64,000 nucleotides of DNA from the human T2T-CHM13v2.0 reference genome, Homo sapiens, in NCBI RefSeq assembly GCF_009914755.1, contig NC_060936.1. One strand, 5' to 3'. Each line of letters opens with the position of its first letter. The stretch's first letter is position 1. This document shows, piece after piece, positions 11,940 to 26,097 of this stretch. A program made the translations under genes and the position numbers. The notes under the pieces were generated by a model. That model searched no databases. It was not told where the DNA came from and saw only the letters and a list, made by a program, of their open reading frames with translations.

Positions 11940-12420
11940 GTATTGTTGGGAATCTTCTCGTTGCAAATAACAGAAGACATAACTCAAACTGCTAAGGTAA
12001 CAAAGGTTGCGTGACTCAGGAAAATATATTGAATAGATAGCTGGGTTCTATCAATGCAGGATGGCTGTCAATTCTTCTGGAGGCTCTAAGTGTTCACACT
12101 TAAAGAGTATGTCAATGGAAGAGCAAGGGATCTTCTTTTTAGTGGTCTCCATCTAATTATCTCCTTACTTATTATTGCTCTGCATTGGGTACCAGTCCCA
12201 TGTCTAACTCAATCACTATGGACATTGGAGTAGGCTCTCTTGTTTAGCTGAAGCCATCCAAAGTCCATTGCCAAAGCAGAGAGAGATCCGTTTCCTCTTG
12301 AAGCACATTGACTGAATGAGGAAGCAGCTTATATTTGAAAAAAAAAAAAAAAACTCAGGATGCTATTATTAAACAGAAAAGAAACAGATACAGGGCATCA
12401 AAACTCAGCAAAATCATCTG
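11940..12420 (-). mobile_element. Old MaLR LTR (MLT1J/K/L-like)
   Basis: ttgcaaataacagaagacataactcaaactg at one end and ggatgctattattaaacagaaaagaaacagatacaggg at the other. Confidence 0.5.
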
Positions 12421-13424
12421 CAATGGGCAATAAGCTCTTTCACATTGGGATAGAAGGTGTCTGCAGTTTTTTCAACTTCTTATAGTAGGTGCAAGTAGAA
12501 TGAAAGGCATGGCCTCTTAGTTTAGTTTAATAAAGGAAGTAATTGCTTCTCCTGTGGAATAGTCAAAAAGTTTAGTACATGAAGGTGAGGAGGCAGCCTG
12601 GGGGCGTTTGTACTGGTATTTAGGAAGGCTCTGATTCCCAAAGAAGGGGAACCACAAATTTTACATGTGACTCAAGACTGTTAGTTCTTTGGGCCTCTTG
12701 GGTCAGGTGGCTTCTGACTTTAAACATTTGGCCTTCCTCTGAGATGGGTGGCTGCACATAGCATAGGTGTGGATTATCTGTTAGAAGCCTCTAAATATGC
12801 AAAAATTTAAAAAAATTTGCATTTTTACAGCTAATGAATAACCCAGTGGCGCATAAAAGGAACCATAGCATAGGCTATTATTTTTTCTATAATGATTGAG
12901 ACAGGGCCATAATTAATCAACAGTCATACAAATGCCAAAAACTGGTAAAATTGTTTAAATAGGAGGAAATAAATCCTCCACATCAACCCACAGGTGACCT
13001 TCTACAGAGAAAATGGGTTTTATGCCATAAATAAACATAAGTATAATGAACAGGAAGTGGCTCATTGTTAAAAAAAAAGAGAGATCATCTGATTATCTCT
13101 TGCTGATTATATAAATGCCAGAGAGTAATTTTAAGTATTCTAAAGATAACTAGAATAATTTACAAATGCCTTTATACAGAGTAGCAAAGGAGCAGTGTGT
13201 ACATTCAAAAAGCATGGTGACCTTGCCAAAAGACTTTCATAAATTAACTTGAGAGAAAGAGCACAGATTCTGTTATACCATATGGTCATTGGCCAACATG
13301 AAGTGTAGCTAATTCTTGATTTTTGAGTAAAAAGATAAAGAATCCTTTATGGGGAACAGATGCAATTAAAATAGAAAAATCTCATTAGAGTGTTAAAACC
13401 AGTCTTAAGTCCTCCACCATGAGT

Positions 13425-13640
13425 TCAGACTCTGGAGTTGTATATTTCTGAGATCAGTCTCAGTTCCAGGACTTCAATATCTTGAGGCTTTGGCAAGTCA
13501 CTGCATATCTCTAAGCCTTGGTTTATGCATCTATAAAATGGGAAGTAATAGCAACTACCTGACAGACTTGGGGGAGTTAAATAGGAGAATATATGTAAAG
13601 CACTGAGTATAATGCCTGTCACACGATAAGTGCTCAAAAC
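13425..13640 (+). mobile_element. MIR SINE
   Basis: ggcaagtcactgcatatctctaagccttggtttatgcatctataaaatggg...taaagcactgagtataatgcctg...gataagtgctcaa. Confidence 0.85.
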
Positions 13641-14329
13641 CTGTTATCTCTTAAAGAAAGTATTTTCTCCTTTCTAGCTTGTAGGCAAGAAATTGCAGGG
13701 GGAATGTCATACTTCAGGGATCAATGTCATAGGTTACCCAGCTTCTCATGACTCATCTTCACTTACTCAGTGAACAGAAATACATATCATCACAGGTGTA
13801 TTTGACCTGGTTTTGCTCATCAGGATTCCTCAGTGCCCCCAAAGAACCTGACCCATAGTAGATACCTAATGAATATTTGTTGTCTAATCAACTGACTGAT
13901 GGGTTGTCTGGGAACTGGGCAGCTGCTTGGTCCTGCTGGGTGGTATCAATGACACAGCCTGTCCCCACTCTGGCTGACGAGGGAAATGTGCTGTTTTAAC
14001 TTGTACATTTTTCTTTATTCTGCCCAGAGTTTTGACCAGACCTGGGTGTTCCTCTCAGTCTTCCCGCTTGAACCAATCCCATCTGTCTCCCTTCCTTACC
14101 CATTAACAAACTTGCTTATTATCCTCAACGTGATGTTCCAAATATGGTCTTAGCAAAATTGAGATCAAATATCCTTCTTCAACTATTGCTGGAAAATATT
14201 TTGATGGCTACAGAAAAGAATTCCTGACTTTTCATTGCTTTTCCATCTTTCAAACCAGAGATCTCTGCTTGCAGGTGACATTTAACAATTTTCTTTCTTT
14301 TCCCAGTTTCTGTAGCAAAAGAAAGAAGC

Positions 14330-14570
14330 TGCCATTTCTGAGTACTGAAAATGAGGCAGTGCTGTGCTAGGTGCTTTTACATAAATTACACAATTTAGGA
14401 CTTTTCATAACCTGGGGGATGTAGCAAGTATTAATATTTTTATTTTATAACTCAGAAAACTGTGGCTCAGAGAACCTGAATAAATTGCTCTAGGTCACAA
14501 AATAGCAAGAGCCCAAACTAGGATTCAAACAGAGTTCTACAAGGTCCCAAAGTCATGCTATTTTCTACCT
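14330..14570 (-). mobile_element. MIR SINE
   Basis: agaaaactgtggctcagagaacctgaataaattgctctaggtcaca...ctaggattcaaac. Confidence 0.8.
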
Positions 14571-14769
14571 GATTCCCTGCCTCTTCTATATTATATGCTT
14601 TTGATTATTTTCATCACATACTCTAGTTATCTTAAAGCACAGGTCAAATGGTGCACATTCTTTTATGCCAATGTTTCTAACTTTGTTAAAAATATTTCCC
14701 TTTTTTTGAGTGCAGAGATTTAACCTGTATTCTAGAGGTAAAATAAATCTCACAAGACCTTAGGGAGAA

Positions 14770-14960
14770 ATTGTGGCATGAGTGTAAAAGCATGGAATTT
14801 GGAATCAGGCAGATGTGATTATGAGCATCTCTGGAAAAGATTTATAGTCATCTTTCCTACCCTTTGTTTATCTGTAAAATGGGGATATTAATACCTAACC
14901 AAGAAGGGCTTTTGAGGATGATATGAGTGATACATATAAAGCGTTCAGTGTGAGTCCTCA
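14770..14960 (+). mobile_element. MIR SINE
   Basis: aaagcatggaatttggaatcaggcag...tttatctgtaaaatggggatattaatacct. Confidence 0.75.
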
Positions 14961-16099
14961 AACTGTGTGCTCCCTTCAAGAGCCATGGCTCTAATCCAAG
15001 TAGCATATGGCAGGTTGAGGCATTTTTCAACTTCACATGATCCTCATGTCTCAACTCAAAGAAAAAAGGAAGTAGGCATGGTAGGGCATGAAGAGAGGAG
15101 AAAAAAAATATTCATTCCCAAGTTTGGGTTCTGGTGCCTACATTTTTTAGTAGCTTCTTCTGGATTGCAGATGTCTTCAAAAACTTGAACTTTGTAGTTG
15201 CAAATCCACTGAGATTTAATACAAAAGTGGAAACAAATGTCTATAAACATTCCAGCCACCTATGAGATCAACTAGTTTACCCAATTCTAGTTTTCTTCAT
15301 CTGCCAGCTCACTTCATACTGAATGTAAGCTATAAAAATTGTATAGAAATCGTCTTATGTGTTTGACCTTTAACATCACAAATGCCAGTAAAAAAATTCT
15401 CCTTTTTTCCATTCCATAAAAAACAGCAAAATGATTCTAGACCTCTCATTAAGAACCTTGAGAACTGATTTTGAACAAAGATAAAGAAAACAATCTTCTT
15501 TATTTAGCATTTGTCTATAGCAAGATGTGAGAGAGAGAAGAGCGAACACATACATTCTTGTTTTTAACAGTTTCTCTGCTTGTCACATGAGTTCCTTTCT
15601 CTCAGCCGTGTATAGGTTACAAAGTTGGAGGCAAAATGGGTAAACAACAAACATGTTTTTACTACAAAAAATGCTCTTTCTCCTATCTAACTTAGGAAAA
15701 AGAGAAAACTCTTAGCAGGTGATACTCACAGAGACTCAATAACTGTAGTTTGAGGTTTTAAGAAGGAGCTTACACTTTTTGTACAGATAAATCTGATTTT
15801 CTGGAATGTTCCTCTTTCTCAGCCACACATCCTGGCTAGGAAAACTCCTACTCAGATTTTAAAATACGGCTGAAGTGTCACCTCCTCTTCCCTGGACCAT
15901 GCCCCAGATCAACTTCCAGGAGAGAAAGTTGGGTCCACACCCTCCCACAGCACCATGTGTGCCTCTGATGCAGCTCCTGTCACACTCTCTGCCAGAGGTT
16001 TGTTTATGTGAGTGTCACTACCATGGTATGATGAGCCCTTTGAAAGCAGGCATTCTATTCAGTCCTGTGTTCCCAGCCAGTAGCCCAAGGATTGGGATA

Positions 16100-16580
16100 T
16101 AGTGGTTTAATATATTTCACTGACCAAGGAATTGAAATGTATTTGTTGTTTTAGGAATTGGGCATTTCAGTTATTTGCTTGTGATTCTGCTATTTGAGCA
16201 GGGCTTGATGGGGAAGCCCTTCCATTCTATGTGATTTGGCTGGGGCAGCTCTGATGGGGCTGGAAGATCCAACGTGGCCTCAGCTGGTATCGACAAAAAG
16301 TCTGGGGTTTAGGTGGTCCTCTTACCCTCAAATCCTCAGGGGCCTCTCTGCATGTAGTCTTTTTTGCTAGTAAAATGACTGACTTCTTATGAGGTAACTC
16401 AGGATCCAAGAGGGTGAAAGTGAACACTGATAGGCCTCTTAAAGCAAGAACTGCCACTTTTCTCCCATTCTGTTGTTCAGACAAGTCACACGTGGTTAAT
16501 CCAGATTCACGGGGAGGGGGAAATGGACTGGACGGCAATGGAAGCAGTTGTTGGTGGCCATCTTCGCAGACATTCTATGC
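16100..16580 (-). mobile_element. MaLR solo LTR (MLT1H-like)
   Basis: ggctggaagatcca...ccattctgttgttcagacaagtcac...ccagattcacggggagggggaaatggact...gtggccatctt. Confidence 0.6.
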
Positions 16581-19084
16581 TTGCTACCTCAGATCTAAGA
16601 GCTTTGCTGAGGACGAGGGCCTACTCTCTTGCCCTAAATTATTTTCCATATATAAAATCTTCATGTAGAAGATTTTAGAAATATTATTTTTCATTAGTTA
16701 TTTTGAGTATGTGTATGTATTTGTGTGTGTCGGGGGTATTATTGTGGTTATTTGACTTTTTTCTGAAAATCTCTTGTGACAACATTTCTAGGTTAATTGC
16801 TTTTGAAAAGAAGAAATAATAACTGCCTTTTATGATGATTTCTTTACATGTGTATCCTTGGGCTTTTGAGAACAGTCAAGTTGTGAGAAGTCATATGAAA
16901 TAAAGCATTCTTTAAATTGGTATTCAAAGAGAAGGTTCTTTTTAATAGTAGATAAAGGGGAGCATCTATGGTATTAATTATAGGTATTCTCCCCTATATT
17001 TTATTTTTGCCATTATATGCAATGATTTCCCCCCACCAAAGTAATCATTATATCCTTTTCTTTTAAAGAAAAGCTGTTTTGTAATTTCTTATTTTTTTAA
17101 ATGAAATAGTACATAACATTAAGATAAGAGAAAACAATTACATAATTACTGCACTGCACTGTCTACTTAAGCTATTTGTTCTCCAAAGCCTTTTAATAAC
17201 ATAATTTCTTTAAAAGTAGAGGAGGCTACAGGATTCATAGAATGTTAGAGTTGGAGAAAGAGGTCCCTATCATCATCTTGTCCAACACCTTCGTTCTGTA
17301 GACAAGAGATGGCTCTGGAAGTTACATAATGCAATATATTAAAATTCAGAAAAAACTATTACTTAGAGAAGGTGTTAAGCTGAAAAGTCACAGAAATCCA
17401 TCTTTGAAATGTTATTTAAGTCCATATATTACCAGTACTTCTGGAAAAAAATTTGAAGGAGGTATATATTAAGACAATTAAATACGCAGTGGCTAACTGA
17501 ATACCTTTAGCAAGAGAGTCTAAAGTTCTGGCTGCCTTTAGTTCTAAATAATAGCTACATAAGGAGTCATTGTTTCAGGTACAAATTATATTTGGAAACG
17601 TTCCCAATTTGTAAAAGTCATTCCATAGTTTAAACTCAGAATGCCATTTATTGACTTCAAATATGCTGCTCACATAGATAGCAACATGTATGCATGTGTA
17701 ACTGGCCAATTATTAGCTCCATGCAGACTTTACTTAGTCCTTCATTCATTCACTCGACAAATGCTATTAAGCCCCATTGATGTTGTCAGGTAACATTTAG
17801 CGGTGAACAACATAGACACTCCCTTTGCTTGTAATGAGAATTTATATTCTAATGAAAGGCTTAGTATTTTCTTACTTTGTAATAAAACTAGAGTGAATGC
17901 TTAACTAAATATTTAATAATGTACACACCTCTGAGTGTAGATTCTGTGGAATGGGAAAATACCTCTTAGGCACTATGATTTTGTCTTATTCTTTTCTTGT
18001 CAAATTGTAGCACTTCCCACTTACTAGGACACATTTTTTTTTAAACTAAATTAACACCATAACAATTTTTGTTGGACTAATTATAAACATTGTCATTATC
18101 ATCATTCCAGCTGAGTTAACCCTTATATGAGGATGGTATAGAGAATATTAGCATAATACCTAAAAGCTAACTTGCCAATTCGTCATGAGCATCCCTTCTT
18201 TCTTTTAAATAATTGGTTCATTCTTCAGAGTTCTCTTAGCATTTTACATGTACTTTTAATGCAACATTAATTAATTCAGTGATACAGCTTGTTGTCTGTG
18301 TATCTGTATCCATTACTAGGTAGTGAATTCCCTGAAAGTAGGACTATGCCTTATTCATTCCTTCTTCTCCATAGCACCAGCTTAATTCATTCAGCAAAAG
18401 TTTATGCAATTAATATTTTCTTTAGAATTTTATTTCACCAAATGCCTTGTGAGACAGGTAGTGTACATGTTATTTGTATTTTATAGACAAGAACTTGAAG
18501 TCACTAGAGGTTATTATACACTCACAGCCATAGTGGTTATTATCAGGATTGGACAAAGAACTTGAATTTGCATTCCATGACTCCAAGTCCAGTGGTCTTT
18601 CTTCTGAAACTACATTACCTCTGTGCGTATATTTACATTTTTTATTGTCATAGGCTCATGGGTGTGTTCATCACCACTCTCCTTACATATTTCCATTTCT
18701 CTTTGCTTCTATCTCTCCTGCTTGCTTAACCCTGAATTGACCTTTTAACCTTTATCCCGATTCAATAGCCATAGCAGAAGGGAGGCCAGAACAATTAAAT
18801 GATTATATTACTCTTCACTAAGAAATTAGCCACCACTTTGTCTTTGGCTTGTATACTTTTGATAAGTTTTAAGTTTAATAGAGACTTATCTAAAAGAGTT
18901 CCAGGGTTAAGAGTAGTTATAGGGAGATTAATCAGCAGACAATTATAAGCTAGTAACAAATAAACACATACAAGTTGTGATATGCTAGATTGAGTTACAT
19001 TTAAAAAGTTTAGAAAGAAAATAGAGAAGGAAGGGATTGAGAAAAAACAGAGCAGGGTGAATTGATGAGATTTTAGCTTTCATG

Positions 19085-19435
19085 AACTAAGATCAAAAGT
19101 GTGGTCCACTGGAGGTTCTGGTTATCAAAGCAGGGTGGTATCCAAATACTTGACTTACTGGCTCAGAAACTCTTAGGGTGGGGCCCAGGAATCTTCATTA
19201 TAACAGTGCCTTCAGGTGATTCTTATATACAGTATACTATAGCAAGAGATTAATAGACAAAAGCAATGTTTTAAAATTAAATATAAATAAATTGCATATA
19301 AAGCACCTGGAGACCTTGCTAACATACAGATTCTGATTCAGTAGGCCTGAAGTGGGGCCTGAGAGCATGTTTCTAACAAGTTCCCAAATAATGCCAATGC
19401 TGCTGGTCTGTGAACCACACTTTTGAGAGTAGCAA
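19085..19435. mobile_element. MER5A-type hAT-Charlie MITE fragments
   Basis: ggtggggcccaggaatctt...caggtgattctta and cagattctgattcagtaggcctgaagtggggcctgaga...tctaacaagttccca...gaaccacacttttgag. Confidence 0.8.
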
Positions 19436-21269
19436 GTCACTAGATACTGAGGTAGCTGCTGTGATCTGTGTGCTATGGAAGGTGAGATGGAAAAAGTGGA
19501 TTTTGAGAAGCTTCACTGATTTATGACAGAATTCTTCTTTGTCAGCTCATCAGGAAACTTTGCAAGATACTTCAAATTGCTTTTCAATGTTTTTGCGGGT
19601 GGGACTCTAGTTTTGACTAGCCAAGAGGCAGCTTGATTTTATGCAGTCTCAGTAGTAAAATTCTGAGTGGGAGACCAAGAAATACTCCACCAACATATTT
19701 ATGATGGAGCCTCCTGCCCTGCCATTTCTAGTTTCAAACAGTTCAGAAAAAAAATGCAAATTTCTTTTCTAGTTTCAAATAGTTTGGAAAAAATGTAAAT
19801 TCTTTGTGTAGCACATCATCTGGGCTAGTTTCTTAATGCTCATCTGTTTCATTCCTGCCAATTAAGAGCAACAGCTGTCTTGCAGGGATGGTGGTCGTTA
19901 GGAAGTGACACAGCTGTGGGATTTAGATGAGATAACGGTTGTACAGCCAAGATAAGGCATCATTGGAATGCAAACTGCCATAAGCCTGATTTATAGCACA
20001 CATCCAAGGGGAAGAAACTTAAACCAAAATCAACTAAAATAACAACTCACCCAATAGGGAAAACAAAACAAAATATCAACCAGAGATGTTTAGCCCCAAA
20101 GTCAAGTTTTCTCAGACTATTTTAAAAACAAGATTTGGACTAAAAATTGACTTAGAGGGATTCCAATTACCTCAGTTGTCTACAATGCCCAGACTTATGA
20201 ATTTGTATCTAAGAACTAAATAGTTCTGCAAACTCAGTCCCCTTGTGGCTCAATACTATTTGAGATGTCCAAATCTCTAGGCCTTATTCTGTTACAGAGG
20301 GTAGACTTGCTGAAAACAAAAACAATGGTCAGTGACAAGTATTTGGAAAGTGGTATTATCATAGTAAAAATGTCATTTTACCAATATAACAACCCAACAA
20401 CCCAATGGACTCTGCATAAATAATTATTTTAGAGCATTATATACTTACATGTTTCAAAAAGAATGTTATAGTCATAATGTAATTAATCATTACAAATAAA
20501 TTCTACCACCTAAAGTTTCTTGTGTACATTCCATGATTTTTAAGACTTCTACATTTTTCTCAATGCTATTTCTCTTGGAATACATATTATTCTCATCCCT
20601 GGACACCTAAATCCTACTCATCTTTCATAAACCATGTGAAATACAAATTATCTGTGAAGCTTTTTGGGATCCTCTCAACTGAAATCAATAGATTCTTACC
20701 TTGAGCTCCCATCACAATTTAGCTGTATATTTCTTATGCGACCTAAATATTTTTCCTTGGAATTACAGCCACATAAACACATGCTTTATTTTCTTTACTA
20801 ATCCTCAAATCCATTGAAATCAAGATTCATGTCTGACTACTCACCGTGGTATTCTTATAACCTATTTCGTTCTATTCAGTAAGTTCTGAATTAAAAAAAA
20901 GTTGGTTGAACAAATTCCCCTGGAAGTTCTAAGAGGAGAGCACCCACTTATTATTTCAATTTTGATTTTTAAAAAAGGGACTGGACTTTTAGAAAGATAC
21001 GTAAGACAGATCATAGAGGCTGGGAAATCTTACTGTCAGGAAGATGAGAAATATTATTAATCCTGAAATATTCTAGTATATTTCCTTAGCAGGAATGGAA
21101 GTCATCTTGCTAAAATTCATTTGCAGTCATTCTCTACATTTAACATGGGCATAATATACAATATACGATATGCTAAAGGACATAAGAGATTGCTATATAA
21201 TTTAAGAGGGGAAAAAAGAAAAGAATACTTTCAGTAGTGATGACTAAAAAAAGGTTTCATTATTTATTT

Positions 21270-22330
21270 AATCAGTACCTGTATTTCAGGTCCTTGACCT
21301 CATGGAGTTTATGGTCTGATTGAAGAGATATGTATTAATCAATACAATCATACAAATAACTGTAAAAATCAGATCTAAGAGTTAGTAAGTTAATTGATAC
21401 ATAGTATAGTGTTTGTTATATTACCTAACACTTACTAAACAATTGTTTAATAATCAGCTATTCTAATAATTAGCTTTTAATCTGTAAGATATGGGGTGCT
21501 ACCAAAAGTGAGCAAGAAAATGAAAATGACCAGAGATATGTTTTCTGATGCTTAGTCCAAGATTAATTTGTCAGAGGAGCTGAAGTGGAAAGTGACAAGA
21601 ATTGGGTGATCTGTTGTCTCTCAAATCCATATTATGTATATCATAATTTAGGGCATCTTCAGTGAGAAGATAGAGATGGAAACATACATTAGAAATGTTA
21701 TGGAGGTAGAATTGTTGTAGAATAACTAATTTGAAGGAAGTGAAAAGATCACAGAGACTTCTAGCATGGGAGACCTTGGAGAAGGTGACGATATTGAAAC
21801 AATCTCGGGACACAGCGTTAAGAGCAGGTTCATGAGGGGAATAAGGAATTATCTTTGAACTCATTGAGGTTGAGATGTTGAGATTCCCAGGTGGAGAGTC
21901 TCAAAGAGTGATTAGAGCTGGAGATTTATATTTGCGAGTCACCTGCACAGATTTATAGTTAAAACTGTTGGGATATATAAAATTAGCTTTGACAGACCAT
22001 AGAAGAAGGACAAAGACTGAGTCTTGGAAATTCCCAAAATTTGGGGTTGGAAGGGAAAAATAGGAACTGAGAAGGAGAAGGGAAAGCAGAAAGTTGCTGG
22101 TGTTGTGGAGCCACAGAAGGACAGGAATTCTAGGGGATAGCAATTTCAAATCCTGGGACTGCCTGAGCAGCAGCTAAGGTCTGTTGGATTTGGCCATAAG
22201 GCATCATTGCTAATCATCACAAGGGAAATTTTAGAAAAGCTGTATGGGATACCAAATTATAATACTGAAGAATATTCAGGAACTGAAGGCAGTGAGTATG
22301 GACTGCTCTGAAGAGAATTCAGGAGAATTA
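21270..22330 (-). mobile_element. L2 fragments
   Basis: ccttgacctcatggagtttatggtct; gatgttgagattcccaggtggagagtc...gagctggagatttatatttgcgagtcacc; ttggatttggccataagg. Confidence 0.7.
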
Positions 22331-22949
22331 AAGAAACTTAAGAGCAAAGTAATTAAATAATTTAGGCTGACAAGCTGCAAGTGTGAAGAAAAGTTTTCTT
22401 AGAATGTAGGAGATCTAAAGTCGGGCTTGTATTTGAGATATGAAGGTATTATGCATGCTTTAGTTATATTATTTGGCTAGATTAAATATTCTGAAATGGT
22501 GAGTTCATGCAGTGAAATTGGAGCAGATGCATCAAAAACTGTATTAGACTTTGTGCTGTTCTGATTTGTTCTAGAAAGATAACATACCTGCATATCTGTT
22601 ATTCAGACTGACTGTGGAATGGCAGACTAGGCCCTCTAGTTGCAGTCCATTCTACCTGCTAGATATGGTAAACCCTGACCAGACAGAAAACACTCATTCT
22701 GTGATCCTGCTAGTGGTACTGAAAAGGATAACAAAGAATTTATAACATTGCATTGTTATTCTAGGTTGGCAGTCTGATCATATCACTATAAATGGGCCCA
22801 CAGTGATGTACATTTCCAAATTTGGTTTAATGACTTGAGAATTTTTCTATCTATGGTTGGAGCTGGAGGCAATATTCTCCAAGGCTGGTAGAATGTGTAT
22901 TATATATGAATGAATGCATGTGTGCAGTTATATGTGTATACATATACAT

Positions 22950-23160
22950 ATAATTACTACTAGTACCAAGTGATTACTAGGTTGCAGGCATCATGAAAGT
23001 TAGATTAAAAATATCATCTGTAATTATGATCACAGCCTTACAAAGTAGAAAATATTATCCTGTTTTTATAAGTGAAGAAACTGGAATTGTAGATTTATAT
23101 TATCCAAGGTCACACAGCTATGAGGGATTGCAGATGGGCTCTAAACCCAGCTCTGCCTTG
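22950..23160 (-). mobile_element. MIR SINE
   Basis: attatcctgtttttataagtgaagaaactgg...tccaaggtcacacagcta. Confidence 0.75.
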
Positions 23161-23285
23161 CACTTTCTTTCTCCTTTTGGAATATATAAACAGAGGACAA
23201 ACATAGCAGTGGTGTATCTTTTATAAGGAATAAGAGGAAGCTACTGCTAGAAATTGTGTTCTGAATTGCATTGAATTCATGAGGT

Positions 23286-23389
23286 GACCTAGTTTTTCTT
23301 CACCTCTTATGGGACTTTTTGCAGAAAGTTGAAGTTGGACCTAGTTTTCCTTCACCTTTTATGGGACTTGTTGCAGAAAGTTGGAGTTG
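23286..23389. repeat. 52-bp tandem duplication (2 copies, 48/52 identical)
   Basis: gacctagtttttcttcacctcttatgggactttttgcagaaagttgaagttg, then gacctagttttccttcaccttttatgggacttgttgcagaaagttggagttg. Confidence 0.9.
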
Positions 23390-25707
23390 GAAGAGAACTA
23401 AAGGAACTTTATTTCTGGAAACTGAGGCTAGAAATTTGCTCAGCATCACCTAGATTGTTCGCTGCTGAGCCACAATCACAACTGAAGCTTTTGTGTCTAA
23501 GCCTTCAGTCTATCCTAGGCCTACATTAAAAAGTGTGAAGAAAAGAGAGTCTATGGATTTCTCAGTGATTTGCTTTCATCATTTAAAAGGCTTCTTAGAA
23601 TTCTGGGCAGAATCTTCTTGTAAACCTTGGGTGCCTTGAACTCATGTGGATTTTGTTATGCTAAAAAGTTTTCTCAGTAGAGTTCTGCCCATTATGTTTT
23701 TGACTGATATTTCATTTTTATTTTACAAGCTGAAAGATACAAGGGCTCTAAGGTGTACAGTGTAAAAGCAGTTGTTAAAATAAAGAATGATGGCATGTCA
23801 AAATGATTCATATGGGCAATTTAATTGGAAATATTGCCATTAACATGAAACATTCCACTTGATATGGGCTTTATGTTCCTATTAAATACGAGAGAGTAAA
23901 TCTCTATGCATTACATCAGAATCATGCAAAAGATGATCAAGTATTTTTTCTACACAATAATATTTTATTAAAGCAGCACTAGTGGTGATAATCCTTAGGG
24001 TAGCTTATGTTTATCCAGAATAAAGTCACAAAGCCTTTCAAAGAAGTTTCAGCTTCTTCCAAACACTGTCATTGGTCTGCTATATAAAGCACTCTTGCTC
24101 CTTCCACTGAGGCTAACCTTTAGAAATAGATGCTGCAGAGATAAAATACCACCTGGGATATTTCTCCCTTTAGGCAGGACAGTAATTATAAAAGGCTTGG
24201 TACTTTTGTAAGTTTATTTTAAACATTCCTTAAAAAAGTAGGGTTTGTAATTTTCCTTCAGATTACAAGCTGACATTTTGAAAAAGAAAAAAAAAGTTGC
24301 GGGGAATGCAGCACTTCTGTGTGGTGGCAGCTGATAATTACCATAGTGTGAGTGGGGCTCGATATAACCCAGGCATTTAAGAAACATGGCTGATTACAGT
24401 GCGTTAAGAGTAACTCAATTCGGGAATTTTGCTTTGTTAGGCAAATTGAACTGTCTTGCTTCACCAATCTCATCTCACTTCCTTCTTTTGCTTCCAACGA
24501 AGAGCCACCTTTATCTTTTCAACTGCAAGGCTGTTCTCAGGAAGAGCTATGTGTAAAACTTAAAAATAAAATGCAGACAATCTAAAGGGAAAAAGCATGA
24601 AACTGATTGTTACCATGAGTATGCCTTTGGAAAATTTCACTCTGCAATAGCATTTTGCATCATTTAAGATGTTTACATGGGTTTTGTTTGTTTGCTTGTT
24701 TGTTTCAGATAAAGTAAAAGAATCATTTTGTGGCTAATGTCAAAATTTAAAAAAATCACACTGGCTGGGCTTATATATGTGCATACCTAGGAAACTCAGA
24801 GAGAAGAGTTAATCCTAACTTGTAGGAGAAGAAGTGAGAGAAAGATGGTTTCACATGAAAAGAAACTAGAAACATGCTAAGGAATATTTTTCTATTACAG
24901 TTATTAAACATACACAATTCACTTTTAAAATAATTATACAGATTAGCAGCCCAGATCTGAATGCAAACATAAAAATAAATGTGTGTATTATACGTGTGTG
25001 TGAGAGAGAGAACATTACACAGAGATGAGTATATGAATAACCTAGATATTTCTGAGCACCTGTGGTTTGAAAATTGGTTGAAGATGCACATTCACAGGAA
25101 TGCAGATTGTAGTAACTGCTCTTTCAACAAAAAACTGTTTCTCAAGCATGGTATTTTATATAATATGTGAGCTAGTATTTGTTTCAAGTAAATACCCAGT
25201 TTTAAGCATTCAGCCCAAGAAATGTCCCAAACCTCTCTTTCTGAAAATGGTTGAAAATACTTACAATCAGGAACAGATTCAGGTTTTGTGGAGCCAAAGC
25301 CCTCTTAAAGGAAAATAACACAAAACTGTTAAGATTAGATCAACTGCCCTGGAATGAGCCTTGAGGGGCGTGGAAGCTGAACTTCATTTGCTTTGTGGTA
25401 AGTGCACCTCTACTTGGGAAATATTCTAGCTTCTACAAGACCAAGATGAAAACCTACCCACATTTGGTGATCCAGTGTTCCTCCAGGGATCACCATGATA
25501 TTTTTAAAGTTGAGATGGCTTTGCCTTTATTGGTCACTTTCCTCCAACACCAATCATTCATCCTACTGTCTACCTTAATGATTTTCTATTCTCTCTTCTA
25601 CCTAACTCATACAGATATGACTGTACTTTTTACCTCTGTCACTTCTTCAAGCCTGAATCTCCAATAAATACTTTACATTGTCTTGGGCTAATGTAGCATT
25701 AAATTAG

Positions 25708-26097
25708 TGTTGTGGACTGAAATATGCCCCCCACAAATTCATATAGTGGAGCCCTAAAACCCAGTACCTCAGAATGTGACTGTGTTTAGAGATAAAGCCT
25801 TTAAAGAGGTAAATAAATTAAAATGAGACCACCAGGGTAGGCCCTAAGTCAATCAGACTGGTGTCCTTACAAGAAAAGAAAATTTGGATATGCAGAAGAG
25901 ATCCATGTACACCAAAGGGCCATATGGAGAGGCAGCAAGAAGGCATCTATCTGCAAGCCAAGAACAGAGGAAACCAACCCTGTTAGCACCTTGATATTAG
26001 ACTTCTAGTCTAAAGAACTGTGAGAAAATACATTTCTGTTGTTTAAGCCACCAAGCCTGTGGTATTTTTATTGTGGCGGCCCTAGCAACCTAATACA
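25708..26097 (+). mobile_element. MaLR solo LTR (MLT1B-like)
   Basis: tgttgtggactgaaa...cccagtacctcagaatgtgactgtgtttagagata...gactggtgtcctta...ttctgttgtttaagccacc...ccctagcaacctaataca; TG...CA termini. Confidence 0.85.
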
